64,000 bases of DNA from Phormidesmis sp. (lineage in GTDB: Bacteria; Cyanobacteriota; Cyanobacteriia; Leptolyngbyales; Leptolyngbyaceae), in the NCBI GenBank assembly GCA_965248535.1, contig CBDFJR010000005.1, forward strand, positions 1,952,001-2,016,000, read 5' to 3'. The notes under the pieces are model-generated. The model was not told the origin of the DNA. It did no database searches and saw only the letters and a list, made by a program, of their open reading frames with translations. The translations under genes were made by a program, and so were the position numbers. The number at the start of each line of letters is the position of its first letter. Position 1 is the first letter of the stretch. Below are positions 52,055 through 62,419 of this stretch, one piece after another.

Positions 52055-54601
52055 TTACGATCGGTCGCTGACCGTGGCGACTAGCTCTTTTTCATCGTCA
52101 AAGGCAGGGCGTTTTTGACCCCGTTCTTCGACGTGCACCAAACTGGGGTCTTGTTGATCCGTGTTGACAAAATGACGGAAGCGCATCAGCTTTGTAGGAT
52201 CGGCGATCGTCGCCTTCCATTCACAGGCGTAGGTCTCGACTTGATGGGCCATTTCTGCCTCTAACTCAGCACAAATGCCTAGAGAATCCTGAATCACCAC
52301 TTGCTTAAGGTAGTCGATGCCGCCTTCGAGTTTGTTGAGCCAAGTTGCCGTGCGCTCCAATCGGTTGGCGGTGCGAATGTAGAACATTAAGAAGCGATCG
52401 ATATATTTAATCAGCGTCTCTTTGTCGATGTCTTCCGCAATCAGTTGCGCGTGTTGAGGTCGAATGCCCCCATTGCCGCAGACATAGAGATTCCAGCCGT
52501 TTTCGGTGGCGATGATGCCAAAGTCCTTGCTCTGCGCTTCAGCACATTCTCGCGTGCAGCCAGACACCGCAGACTTGAGTTTGTGAGGGGCCCGCAGACC
52601 ACGATAGCGAAGCTCAACCTCGATCGCCAGAGAAGTCGAGTCTTGCACCCCAAATCGGCACCAAGTGCTGCCCACGCAAGATTTCACCGTTCTCAGCGCT
52701 TTGCCGTAGGCGTGTCCTGACTCAAACCCGGCTTCGACTAACTGCTGCCAAATCAGGGGAAGCTGATCGACCCGTGCACCCAATAAATCGATGCGCTGCC
52801 CGCCCGTGATTTTGGTGTAAAGTCCGAATTCTTTAGCGACTTCGCCCAGAGCGATCAGGCTATCGGGCGTGATTTCTCCACCGGGAATGCGCGGAATCAC
52901 CGAGTAAGTGCCGTCTTTTTGAATGTTGGCAAGATAAGCATCGTTGGTGTCTTGCAGCCCGACGTGTGGCGAATTCAGCACATAGTCATTCCAGGCCGAT
53001 GCGAGAATTGAGCCAACAGCGGGCTTACAAATTTCGCATCCTTTGCCCTGTCCATGCCCTGCTATCAACTCGTCGAAGGTCTCGATTCTTTGAGTGCGGA
53101 CTAGGTGATAGAGTTCTTGGCGAGAATAGGCAAAGTGTTCGCAGAGGTGATTTTTGACCTCAACTCCGGCTTTCTTTAACTCGTCTTTTAGCAGATCAGT
53201 GACGAGGGGAACGCAGCCCCCACAGCCCGTTCCGGCTTGGGTGCATTTTTTGACGCTGGCGATATCCGTCAACCCCTGATCCTGAATAGCGCTGCAAATC
53301 TGCCCTTTAGTGACGCTGTTGCACGAGCAGATTTGGGCCGTGTCGGGCAGACTCTCAACCCCCATAGCAAAGCTTGATTTGCCTTCGCGGGGCGGCAGCA
53401 GCAGATCTTCTGGGTGCGGTGGCAGCACGATCTGATTTTGCATCAGTTGCAGCAAATTGCCATAGGCAGAAGCATCGCCAACCAAGATGCCGCCGAGGAG
53501 CCGATCGCCCGATTCGTCAACCACGATCTTTTTGTAAATGCCCTGAATCGAGTCAATGATCGCGAACTCTTTTGATCCCGGCGTTTTGCTGAAGGCATCG
53601 CCAAAACTGGCGACATCTACGCCCAGCAGTTTGAGCTTGGTAGACATATCTGCGCCCGTAAAAGCGCTGCTGCCACGATCGCAGAGATTATCAGCCGCCA
53701 CCGTGGCCATCGTGTAACCGGGAGCCACTAGCCCAAAGATACGGTTATCATAGAGCGCGCATTCTCCGATCGCATAGATATCAGGGTCAGACGTTTGGCA
53801 GTGGTCGTTGATGACAATGCCGCCCCGATCGCCCACCGTTAGCCCACAGTCACGCGCAATCTCATCACGGGGACGAATGCCCGCAGAAAACACGATCATA
53901 TCGGTCTGAAGCTCGCTACCGTCGGCAAACTGCATTTTGCTCACGCAGCCATTTTCACTGACGATCGCTGTCGTCGATTTGCTAGCGTGAACCGTGACCC
54001 CCAATTCCTCAATTTTATTTTTAAGCACGGTGCCGCCCGCGTCATCTACCTGCACAGGCATCAGGCGAGGAGCGAATTCAACGACGTGGGTTTTGAGTCC
54101 CATGCTTTTGAGGGCGTTAGCGCATTCTAGACCCAGCAATCCGCCGCCAATCACGACCCCAACTTTAGACTGTTTGGCGTGAGCCGCCATCGCTTCGAGA
54201 TCGTCGATCGTGCGATAGACAAAGGTGCCCTGGGTGTCTTTTCCCGGAATCGGCGGCACAAAGGGATAGGAACCTGTCGCAATCACCACGTTGTCATACT
54301 CAATTGTGATGCCATTCGCAGAGGTGACCGTCTTGCGATCGCGATCAATAGCGATCGCTTTATCACCTACGTGGATTTGAATGTCGTGATCTTGATAAAG
54401 TCCGGGTTTGACCAGAGTCAAATCAGCCGCAGTTTTGCCTGAAAAGAAACCGCTTAGGTTGACCCGATCGTAAGCAACGCGAGGTTCTTCACAGAAGGTA
54501 ACCAGGTGCCAATCGTCGATCGCTTGCTTTGCGATCATCTGTTCTAAAAACTTGTGACCGACCATGCCGTTGCCAATGACAACCAACGTCTTTTTAGTCA
54601 T
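52055..54601 (-). CDS. nirB: NAD(P)H-dependent nitrite reductase large subunit
   Basis: GNGMVG and GGGLLGLE Rossmann motifs, BFD-like CSC...GCGGC, siroheme/FeS KSCVGSTWC and SGCTREC; ATG at 54601. Confidence 0.93.
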   Translation of the reverse strand: MTKKTLVVIGNGMVGHKFLEQMIAKQAIDDWHLVTFCEEPRVAYDRVNLSGFFSGKTAADLTLVKPGLYQDHDIQIHVGDKAIAIDRDRKTVTSANGITIEYDNVVIATGSYPFVPPIPGKDTQGTFVYRTIDDLEAMAAHAKQSKVGVVIGGGLLGLECANALKSMGLKTHVVEFAPRLMPVQVDDAGGTVLKNKIEELGVTVHASKSTTAIVSENGCVSKMQFADGSELQTDMIVFSAGIRPRDEIARDCGLTVGDRGGIVINDHCQTSDPDIYAIGECALYDNRIFGLVAPGYTMATVAADNLCDRGSSAFTGADMSTKLKLLGVDVASFGDAFSKTPGSKEFAIIDSIQGIYKKIVVDESGDRLLGGILVGDASAYGNLLQLMQNQIVLPPHPEDLLLPPREGKSSFAMGVESLPDTAQICSCNSVTKGQICSAIQDQGLTDIASVKKCTQAGTGCGGCVPLVTDLLKDELKKAGVEVKNHLCEHFAYSRQELYHLVRTQRIETFDELIAGHGQGKGCEICKPAVGSILASAWNDYVLNSPHVGLQDTNDAYLANIQKDGTYSVIPRIPGGEITPDSLIALGEVAKEFGLYTKITGGQRIDLLGARVDQLPLIWQQLVEAGFESGHAYGKALRTVKSCVGSTWCRFGVQDSTSLAIEVELRYRGLRAPHKLKSAVSGCTRECAEAQSKDFGIIATENGWNLYVCGNGGIRPQHAQLIAEDIDKETLIKYIDRFLMFYIRTANRLERTATWLNKLEGGIDYLKQVVIQDSLGICAELEAEMAHQVETYACEWKATIADPTKLMRFRHFVNTDQQDPSLVHVEERGQKRPAFDDEKELVATVSDRS

Positions 54602-54673
54602 TATCCGCAATTCTCTGTAGCGCCATTCCTTGCTAGACTACGCGCATTTTTTAGATGTGACTAGTCCAAAACT

Positions 54674-54687
54674 GTAGTCTGAGATAC
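54674..54687. promoter_or_regulatory. NtcA-type box upstream of nirB
   Basis: GTA-GTCTGAGA-TAC (GTA-N8-TAC), about 73 bp from the nirB ATG. Confidence 0.55.
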
Positions 54688-54981
54688 GAAAATTTCTTAA
54701 GCAGTGCGTTTTCTGTATGATCCCAATCCTAATCTTGCATTGAGCGCCCAAATCTTATCCATAATTTTGATCCCCATGACATTCTCAGCTTCTGCTGACC
54801 GAAACGGCGAGTCTGAGCGATCGCGACCCTCCCAATCCAGCAAGCCGAGAATTTCAGAATTCTACTAAAATTTTGAGCTAATCGGCCACCGCTTGAAGCA
54901 CCTATTTGAAAAACTACTTTTCTTAAGGCTTCTAAAGGCGTATTGTGAATCTGAATGAGGAGACTTTAACTGGCACAAAAT

Positions 54982-55956
54982 ATGGCTCCACTGGTCGCAA
55001 ATTATTATTTGACCTACCGCTGCAACGCTCGCTGTCACTTTTGTGATATCTGGGCGCTCGAACCCAAGCAGGAAGCGTCTTTTGAAACGATTCAGAAAAA
55101 TCTCGCAGATTTGCGTCGTCTGGGCGTGAAGTATGTAGACTTCACAGGGGGCGAACCCCTGCTGAGAGCCGATGTAGCTGAGGTGTTTTCAGAAGCCAAG
55201 CGACAAGGCTTCACCACCAGCATGACGACCAACACGATTCTCTACCCCAAGCGTGCCAAAGAAATGCAGGGGTTGGTAGACTTTCTCAACTTCTCGCTAG
55301 ATGGGGGCGATGCCGAAACCCACGACCAATCGAGAGGTGTCAAGATTTTTGACACGCTTGTAGAATCGGTCAAAATTGCCCACTCGCTGGGAGAATATCC
55401 CGTTCTCAATCACACGGTCACCGCTCAAAACTATGAGCGCCTGGGCGAAGTGGCAGAACTGGGTCAGCGCCTTCAAGCTCGCGTTTGGCTCAATCCGGCG
55501 TTTACGGCCCACAGCCACTACAACGCTAAAAAGAATCCCACGCCCGACATGGTGAAGGCGATCGAGGTGGCCGCCAAGAAATATAACAATCTTGGTTACA
55601 ATAAGGCTGCTCTGGCATTTATCGAGGCGGGCGGCAATGACACCGAAAAACCTCGCTGCAAAGCGGTGGAAGCGGTGATCGCCATCGGCCCCCACGACGA
55701 GCTTTTGCTGCCCTGCTATCACTTTGCTCAAAAAGAGTTGCCGATCGCGGGTCGCCTTTACGAGCTTTATAAGCAGTCAGAAGAAGTCGAAGCGTTTCGA
55801 CAATCGCAGGGCAAGCTGTCGGTCTGTGAAGGCTGCACCGTCTGGTGTTACCTCATTCCCAGCTTTTTCAAGGGTGTAGACAAATATTGGCTGTTAAACC
55901 AAGTAACCTATGTCGGAGAATTCTTGGCCAGAAAACGATTCTTACAACGAGCTTGA
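54982..55956 (+). CDS. Radical SAM protein with a C-terminal Cys cluster (Twitch/SPASM-like)
   Basis: CNARCHFC, FTGGEP, TTN, SLDG; C-terminal RC...PC...CEGCTVWC. Confidence 0.88.
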   Translation: MAPLVANYYLTYRCNARCHFCDIWALEPKQEASFETIQKNLADLRRLGVKYVDFTGGEPLLRADVAEVFSEAKRQGFTTSMTTNTILYPKRAKEMQGLVDFLNFSLDGGDAETHDQSRGVKIFDTLVESVKIAHSLGEYPVLNHTVTAQNYERLGEVAELGQRLQARVWLNPAFTAHSHYNAKKNPTPDMVKAIEVAAKKYNNLGYNKAALAFIEAGGNDTEKPRCKAVEAVIAIGPHDELLLPCYHFAQKELPIAGRLYELYKQSEEVEAFRQSQGKLSVCEGCTVWCYLIPSFFKGVDKYWLLNQVTYVGEFLARKRFLQRA

Positions 55957-57402
55957 GTCTCTTCCAGAAGAAGCCTGTGCAGCCCTGGCAGCACTCGTGG
56001 GAGATCTGCCCGATGCGTCGGAGTTTGATCAAGTAGACGAACCACCCTATCAGGGGTTTAGAGGGCGTAGGCGAAAAGCGGCTACGGTGCTGGTGGTGAT
56101 TTGGGGGGGCACGATCGCGCTGCACCTCGTGACCTGGGGCTACTGGTTTGTGCTGGGTTTGACCACGTTGATGGGGCTGCACGCTGTCAGGTTTTTGATG
56201 GCGCGCCCGGCTGATCTACCAGAACCCTTTCAGACGACACACGGCAGGATTATCCCTTTGTGTCGCTGATGATCGCGGCCAAAAATGAAGAGTCTGTGAT
56301 TGGCAATCTCGCAGATCGCTTGTGTCAGCTAGATTATCCCAGCGATCGCTACGAGGTTTGGGTGATCGATGACAACAGCACCGACCAAACGCCCGTGTTG
56401 CTGGATCAGTTAGCGGCTCAACATCCTCAACTCAACGTGTTTCATCGCCCTGCCAACGCCGGGGGCGGCAAATCTGGTGCTCTAAACCAGGCCTTGCCGC
56501 TTACTCAGGGAGACATTATTGTGGTCTTTGATGCCGATGCTCAAGTCGAACCAGACTTTTTGCGGCGCGTGGTGCCCCTGTTTGACCGCGAGCAGGTCGG
56601 CGCAGTGCAGGTGCGGAAAGCGATCGTGCAAGCCGAGCCACAGTTTCACTCTAAAGATGCCAACAATGTTTGGATTCGGGGACAGATGGCAGAAATGGCC
56701 CTGGATGCCTTTATCCATCAACAGCGCGTGGCGATCGGGGGCGTGGGAGAACTGCGCGGCAACGGTCAGTTTGTGCGGCGCACGGCCCTAGAGCAAGTCG
56801 GCGGCTGGAACGAAGAAACCATCACTGACGATCTAGATCTGACCATTCGGCTGCACGTCAATCGCTGGGATATTGATGTGCTTACCGCTCCGGCGGTCTA
56901 TGAAGAAGGCGTGACTAGCGCGATCGGGCTATGGCATCAGCGCAATCGCTGGGCAGAAGGCGGCTATCAGCGCTATCTGGACTATTGGCAACTGATCGCC
57001 AGAAACCGCATGGGAACGCGTAAAACTCTCGATTTGCTGATGTTTTGGATTATTCAATACGTCATGCCGACCGCCGCATTACCCGATTTTTTGATGGCGA
57101 TCGCCCGCAACCGCCCTTTGCTCCTCAGTCCGATTTCCGGGTTGACAGTAATGCTGTTTTTATTCAGCACGGTGAGCGGGCTGCGGCGCATTCAGCGATC
57201 GAGCGGGGCTTCAGCCCAACTCAAACAATCCTCGCCCAAGGGAGTTGATTTCTCTCTATTTGTGACATTTTTGCAGTCGCTGCGCGGCACACTATATATG
57301 ATGCACTGGCTGCCGATCGTGGGCAGCACCACGGTACGGATGTCTTTCCGTCCCAAGCGGTTGAAGTGGGTCAAAACAGTGCATCGCGGCACAGCCGACT
57401 AG
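55910..57402 (+). CDS. mgdA: GT2 glycosyltransferase, monoglucosyldiacylglycerol synthase-like; one apparent indel near 56228
   Basis: MSENSWPENDSY...GRRRKAA N-terminus with two TMs; DDNS, GKSGALN, FDAD, TDDLDL, QRNRWAEGG, KWVKTVH. Confidence 0.78.
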
Positions 57403-57404
57403 CC

Positions 57405-59279
57405 CTAAAAATCAACCTCGTCTTCATCGTCATCGTCTTCAGGTTCCTCTGGCTCTAACGTCTCTGCCGCCGGAGGAATGATCGCGATCGACTCAGACTC
57501 GATCGGGCTATCTAGCTCATCGTCTAAATTCACCACGTCACCGTTAAAGGCATAGGCGAGACTTTTGGCCGCTTGGGTGGCTTCGTCATCGTCCCAGCCT
57601 CTAGCTTGAGCGCGATCGGGAGGTGCGATGGCTTCTGGTTGAGCTAGGGGCGTAGGGTCGCTAGGCGCACTGGCTGGCACGATCGCCGGAGCGTCTACCT
57701 CAGGGCGACTTGGCTCAACCGGGCGGCTAGCGGGCTGGGTGGGTTGCTCCATCGACCAGGCAGAATTGGAAGACCCCACCTCTGACACTTGCAGCGTCAC
57801 TTTGACGGCTCGCTTCAACGCTTTGGCAGAGGCTTTGCCAATCAACGGCACCGTCCGCTGAATCATTTTGACCATCGATTCGCCCCGAACGCCAACGATT
57901 ACCTCACTGCCGCTCACCGACACTAGGTGACAGTTAGCGCTGACAATGCCTTTGGTCGATGGAATATCGACATAGCTGAGAATCTGCTGCCAGGTCTGGG
58001 CTAGCTCGTCATCGGCAGCACTGGGCTGAGACGCGGCTGCCAACTCTTGAGGAACGGGAGGCACGATCGCAGGTTCCGCAAAAGGCTGAGGAGCAAAAGT
58101 CGTTTCTCTAACAACGGGCTTAGAGACAGGAGTTTGCGGAACGGTCGGCGCGATCGTCGGCAAGCTCGATTCAGTGGGCTGAGGGACGATCGCGGCAGGA
58201 AACAGCCCCAGCAGGGTCAACTCTAACCACAATCGTGGCTGCGTTGTGTTTTTAAGTTGCAGTTCGCTGCTGCGTAAGTGCTGCTGCCCTGCCAAAATAG
58301 TCCCTAGATCTTGGGTTTGAGCAAAGGTGCAGAGTTTCGTCCAAGTCGGCGGCGTGATCGCCACTAGATCGCTGCGAGTCGGGGCGGTTTTGGCAATCAG
58401 CAAATCACGGTAGAAGCTAGCCAGATTTTGCAGCACGATCAGCGGTTCGCGTCCTCGATCCATCAAGCGGCGCGTGTGGTCGAGCACCGCTTCGGGGTCG
58501 CTCGTGGCGATCGCTTCAACGAGTCCCATTAAATCCTGTTCGGGCACTGCGCCGACTAAATCCCACACCCGATCGACGGTGACTTCGCCCGCTAGCAAAC
58601 TCAGTTGATCGAGCAGACTTTCGGCATCGCGCAACCCTCCTTGAGAAATCTGAGCCACTAGTTGCAGAGCATCTTGAGCAATGGCAATGCTCTCTTTTTC
58701 GGCGATCATTCTCAAGTGCTGCACCATCGGTTCTAGGGGAATCCGCCGATAGTCAAAGCGCTGACAGCGAGAAATAATCGTCGGCAACACGCGCTGCGGA
58801 TCGGTGGTTGCCAAGATAAAAACGACCCGATCGGGCGGCTCTTCTAACGTCTTTAACAAGGCATTAAATGCGGCATTTGAGAGCATATGAACTTCGTCAA
58901 TGACGTACACTTTGTATCGACACTGTACGGGAGCAAACTGTGCTCGTTCGATCAGTTCGCGAATGTTGTCTACGCCTGTGTTGCTGGCGGCATCGATTTC
59001 AATCACATCTAGCGCTGACCCGTTGGTGATGGCGCGGCAGGTTTCACACACACCACAGGGGGCATCGGTCGGCGCAGGCACCGCCATGCAGTTGAGCGAT
59101 TTGGCAAAAATGCGAGCGCTCGACGTTTTGCCTGTGCCTCGTGCGCCCGTAAATAGATAGGCGGGAGCGATGCGCTGCTGGCAAAGGGCATTAGAAAGCG
59201 TGGTGGCGATCGCCGCCTGCCCCACCAGCTGGGCAAAGGTCTGCGGACGATATTTGTGATGAAGCGGCTGATAGGACAT
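57405..59279 (-). CDS. dnaX: DNA polymerase III subunit gamma/tau
   Basis: KYRPQTF, GARGTGKT, EIDAASN, IDEVHML, SRCQ. Confidence 0.96.
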   Translation of the reverse strand: MSYQPLHHKYRPQTFAQLVGQAAIATTLSNALCQQRIAPAYLFTGARGTGKTSSARIFAKSLNCMAVPAPTDAPCGVCETCRAITNGSALDVIEIDAASNTGVDNIRELIERAQFAPVQCRYKVYVIDEVHMLSNAAFNALLKTLEEPPDRVVFILATTDPQRVLPTIISRCQRFDYRRIPLEPMVQHLRMIAEKESIAIAQDALQLVAQISQGGLRDAESLLDQLSLLAGEVTVDRVWDLVGAVPEQDLMGLVEAIATSDPEAVLDHTRRLMDRGREPLIVLQNLASFYRDLLIAKTAPTRSDLVAITPPTWTKLCTFAQTQDLGTILAGQQHLRSSELQLKNTTQPRLWLELTLLGLFPAAIVPQPTESSLPTIAPTVPQTPVSKPVVRETTFAPQPFAEPAIVPPVPQELAAASQPSAADDELAQTWQQILSYVDIPSTKGIVSANCHLVSVSGSEVIVGVRGESMVKMIQRTVPLIGKASAKALKRAVKVTLQVSEVGSSNSAWSMEQPTQPASRPVEPSRPEVDAPAIVPASAPSDPTPLAQPEAIAPPDRAQARGWDDDEATQAAKSLAYAFNGDVVNLDDELDSPIESESIAIIPPAAETLEPEEPEDDDDEDEVDF

Positions 59280-59553
59280 AAATACTAATAAGTTCCCTAT
59301 CTTATAGCGTAATCGATTATCTGCTCACGCCTGGCTCCATCCTTGGATAGGATTGCATTCAGGCTTTTTAGCGAGAGGGACGATCGCCCACCCTGTCCAG
59401 ACTTGCAATCATTCACAAAAGTTAACAAAATCAGAAGATTTACTTAAGAAAGCTGAAAAATAGGCGCTGGATGCCCCACTAGGGGATTGTTTCACCTTTG
59501 TAAACACGCTGTAATAGTCTGTCTGCTAACCTTGGCATCGTAAAAGTGATTTC

Positions 59554-60615
59554 ATGAAATCTTTTGTCTACTTATCTCTGCTGGCGCTGGCATTAACTGC
59601 CTGTAGCGCCACCCCCACAACCACAGCAGTGTCTCCCAGCCCCGCAGTTCCCACTCAAGCGGCCAATTCTCAAGAGCAGAAAAAGCCCCTAGTCGTGACC
59701 ACGGTTGCGCCCTTGACCAACATTGTCAGCAACATTGCGGGCGATCGCATCACCGTTAAAGGCATCATTCCTGAAGGCACCGACTCACACACCTTTGAGC
59801 CACGCCCGTCTGACACCGATATTCTGGCTAAAGCCAACCTGATTTTGGTCAACGGACTCCACCTAGAATCGCCCACCGAAAAGCTAGCAAACGCGACCAA
59901 ACCCAAAGACACCCAGATTTTTGAGATGGGCAGCAACACCGTCACCCAAGATCAGTGGATGTTTGACTTCAGTTTTCCCAAAGAAAAGGGCGATCCAAAT
60001 CCCCATCTCTGGGTCAACCCCAAATATGCAGAAGCCTACGCCAAGCTGGCCGCCCAACAGCTAACCGCCCTCGATCCCGCAGGCAAAGACTACTATGCAA
60101 CCAATCTCAAAAATTATTTGCAGCGCTTAGAAGACCTCGACAAAGCGACTCGTGACGTGGTAGCCAGCATTCCGCCAGAAAACCGCAAACTGTTGACCTA
60201 TCATGACTCTTGGGCTTATTGGGCGAGAGAATATGGCTTTCAGGTGATTGGGGCCATTCAGCCTTCTGACTTTAAAGAGCCGTCTGCTCAAGATGTCGCC
60301 AAGCTAATCGATCAAATTAAACAAGTCAAAGTTCCGGCTATTTTTGGCTCCGAAGTCTACCCCAGCAAGGTCGAAGAGCAAATTGCACGAGAAGCCAACG
60401 TGAAAACCGCCAACACCGCCGACGACGAACTGCCAGGAGAAGGGTCTGCCAATGCCGTAGACAACAAAAATCCTCAGCATACCTACATCGGCATGATGAC
60501 CAATAATCTTCGCATCATCGCCACCGGGTTAGGAGGCAACCCAAAACTCGTGGACAAACTCGCTACAGCCAACGTGGTTGGGCCGACGGCCATTGCTGCA
60601 AATTCTACTAAATAG
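59554..60615 (+). CDS. Mn/Zn/Fe ABC transporter substrate-binding lipoprotein
   Basis: Lipobox LTAC, DSHTFEP, NPHLW, YHDSW. Confidence 0.9.
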   Translation: MKSFVYLSLLALALTACSATPTTTAVSPSPAVPTQAANSQEQKKPLVVTTVAPLTNIVSNIAGDRITVKGIIPEGTDSHTFEPRPSDTDILAKANLILVNGLHLESPTEKLANATKPKDTQIFEMGSNTVTQDQWMFDFSFPKEKGDPNPHLWVNPKYAEAYAKLAAQQLTALDPAGKDYYATNLKNYLQRLEDLDKATRDVVASIPPENRKLLTYHDSWAYWAREYGFQVIGAIQPSDFKEPSAQDVAKLIDQIKQVKVPAIFGSEVYPSKVEEQIAREANVKTANTADDELPGEGSANAVDNKNPQHTYIGMMTNNLRIIATGLGGNPKLVDKLATANVVGPTAIAANSTK

Positions 60616-60631
60616 TCAAACAGGTCACTTA

Positions 60632-61468
60632 ATGGAACCGTTGTTAGAACTCAAGAACCTGACCTGTGGCTATCAAAGCGGCCCTGTTTTTACTGATGTG
60701 AGCCTAGCGCTTTATCCCCGACAGCTTTCTGGGCTGGTCGGCCCGTCAGGTAGCGGCAAAAGCACGCTAATTAAGGCGATATTGGGACTTGTGCATCCCT
60801 GGCGAGGTGAAATCAAATCTCACGGCAAGCGCCTCAGATTTGGCACGTCTCCCCCAAAAGTAGGCTATGTGCCGCAGGTCGAAACGGTGGACTGGAACTT
60901 TCCGGTGACGGCCGAAGAAGTGGTGATGATGGGACGCTATCGACAACACAAATTTTCGCCTTGGTCGTCGAGACGCGATCGCTTAGTCGCGAGAGATCTG
61001 CTCGATCGAGTAGGAGTGGCTCACGTTGCCCATCACCCGATCGGGGATTTATCGGGCGGGCAGCAGCAGCGAGTGTTTCTAGCGCGTGCGCTCGTGGGCG
61101 AACCCGAACTCGTGCTCTTAGACGAGCCAACTAGCGGCTCAGATCTACACGTCCAGCATGAACTGCTGCACTTATTAGCCGAACTGAGTCAGCAAGGGCT
61201 ATCCATTTTGCTCTCGACTCACGATCTCAACTCAGTGGCAACTCACTTGCCTTGGGTGGTGTGCTTTAATCAGGGCTTAATTTGCCAGGGAGAACCTACC
61301 AAGGTTTTTACCCCCGCGACGCTCCGGCAAACCTTTGGAGCCGAGATGCTGGTGCTGCGTCAAGACGAACGGGTGCTCATTTCTAGTGATGCGACCACCC
61401 TGCTGCACGAACTGAAAAACAATCTGCCGACTGCGCTGCGGCACAACCCCTCTAAATCTGTCTTATGA
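60632..61468 (+). CDS. Metal ABC transporter ATP-binding subunit
   Basis: GPSGSGKS, GYVPQ, LSGGQQQRVFLARAL, DEPT; ATG at 60632. Confidence 0.92.
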   Translation: MEPLLELKNLTCGYQSGPVFTDVSLALYPRQLSGLVGPSGSGKSTLIKAILGLVHPWRGEIKSHGKRLRFGTSPPKVGYVPQVETVDWNFPVTAEEVVMMGRYRQHKFSPWSSRRDRLVARDLLDRVGVAHVAHHPIGDLSGGQQQRVFLARALVGEPELVLLDEPTSGSDLHVQHELLHLLAELSQQGLSILLSTHDLNSVATHLPWVVCFNQGLICQGEPTKVFTPATLRQTFGAEMLVLRQDERVLISSDATTLLHELKNNLPTALRHNPSKSVL

Positions 61469-62328
61469 ACCTTATGGATTTTTTACTCAAACCCTTTCAA
61501 TATGACTTTTTTAGCCGGGCCATGATGGTGGGGGTGATGGTGGGGCTGCTCTGCGGCGTGATGGGAGTTTATGTCACCACTCGTCGCATGAGCTATATTG
61601 CCCACGGTCTCTCCCATGCGATTTTGGGAGGGGCGGTGATGACCTATGTGTTAGGGCTAAATTTCTATATTGGCTCAGGCATTTGGGGGTTTGGGGCAGC
61701 GCTCTTAATTCAATATCTAACGGGTCGCAAAGTCTATTCTGATGCGGCGATCGGCATTGTCACCACCGCTAGTTTCGCGTTAGGGGTTGCGGTGATCAGC
61801 AGCTATCGCAAGTTTAGTCAAAACTTTGAGGCGGCATTATTTGGCAATGTGTTAGGAGTGTCTCCTACTGATCTCTGGGTCGTTACGGGCGTGACTATTT
61901 TTTTGTTAAGCTTAGTGTTTATTTTTTATCGTCCTTTATTATTTTGGTGTTTTGATCGAGAGGTGGCGCAGGTGCAGGGCGTGCCTGTTTTTGCAATGGA
62001 TACACTCTTTGCACTGATGTTAGCGACGCTGTTGGTTGCCACCCTGCAAGTGTTGGGCGTAACGCTGATTATTTCAGCCGTGGTGATTCCGGCTTCGATC
62101 GCACGTCTACTCAGTCATCACTTTGGCTATATGATGGTGATTTCTGGTCTGTTGGGGGCAGCGATCGCTTTTGCAGGCATTTATTTAAGCTATTACTTTG
62201 ATATTGCGTCGGGGGCCAGCGTTGTCTTGCTGTCAACGTTAGTGTTTGGGCTGGTGTTGATTGGGACACAGCTTAAGCAGCGCCGTAAGCGCCATCTACC
62301 GTCTTTGCATTCTCATCATGTCTCTTGA
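61465..62328 (+). CDS. Metal ABC transporter permease
   Basis: GLSHAILGG, DAAIGI, LFGNVLGV; 4-nt overlap with the ATPase gene. Confidence 0.92.
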   Translation: MNLMDFLLKPFQYDFFSRAMMVGVMVGLLCGVMGVYVTTRRMSYIAHGLSHAILGGAVMTYVLGLNFYIGSGIWGFGAALLIQYLTGRKVYSDAAIGIVTTASFALGVAVISSYRKFSQNFEAALFGNVLGVSPTDLWVVTGVTIFLLSLVFIFYRPLLFWCFDREVAQVQGVPVFAMDTLFALMLATLLVATLQVLGVTLIISAVVIPASIARLLSHHFGYMMVISGLLGAAIAFAGIYLSYYFDIASGASVVLLSTLVFGLVLIGTQLKQRRKRHLPSLHSHHVS

Positions 62329-62419
62329 AATCGTGGATTAAATTAAATCAGCCATACCCAGTCCGCAGGCGCGACCCCTCCTGTGGTATCTTGGGTTGCT
62401 CTTACAGAATCTGGGATGT

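Noticed and set aside
59400..59440. TTGCAATCATTCACAA as a Fur/Zur box for the metal ABC operon
   Set aside because: Only a weak palindrome with a poor match to the Zur 7-1-7 consensus; metal specificity cannot be assigned.
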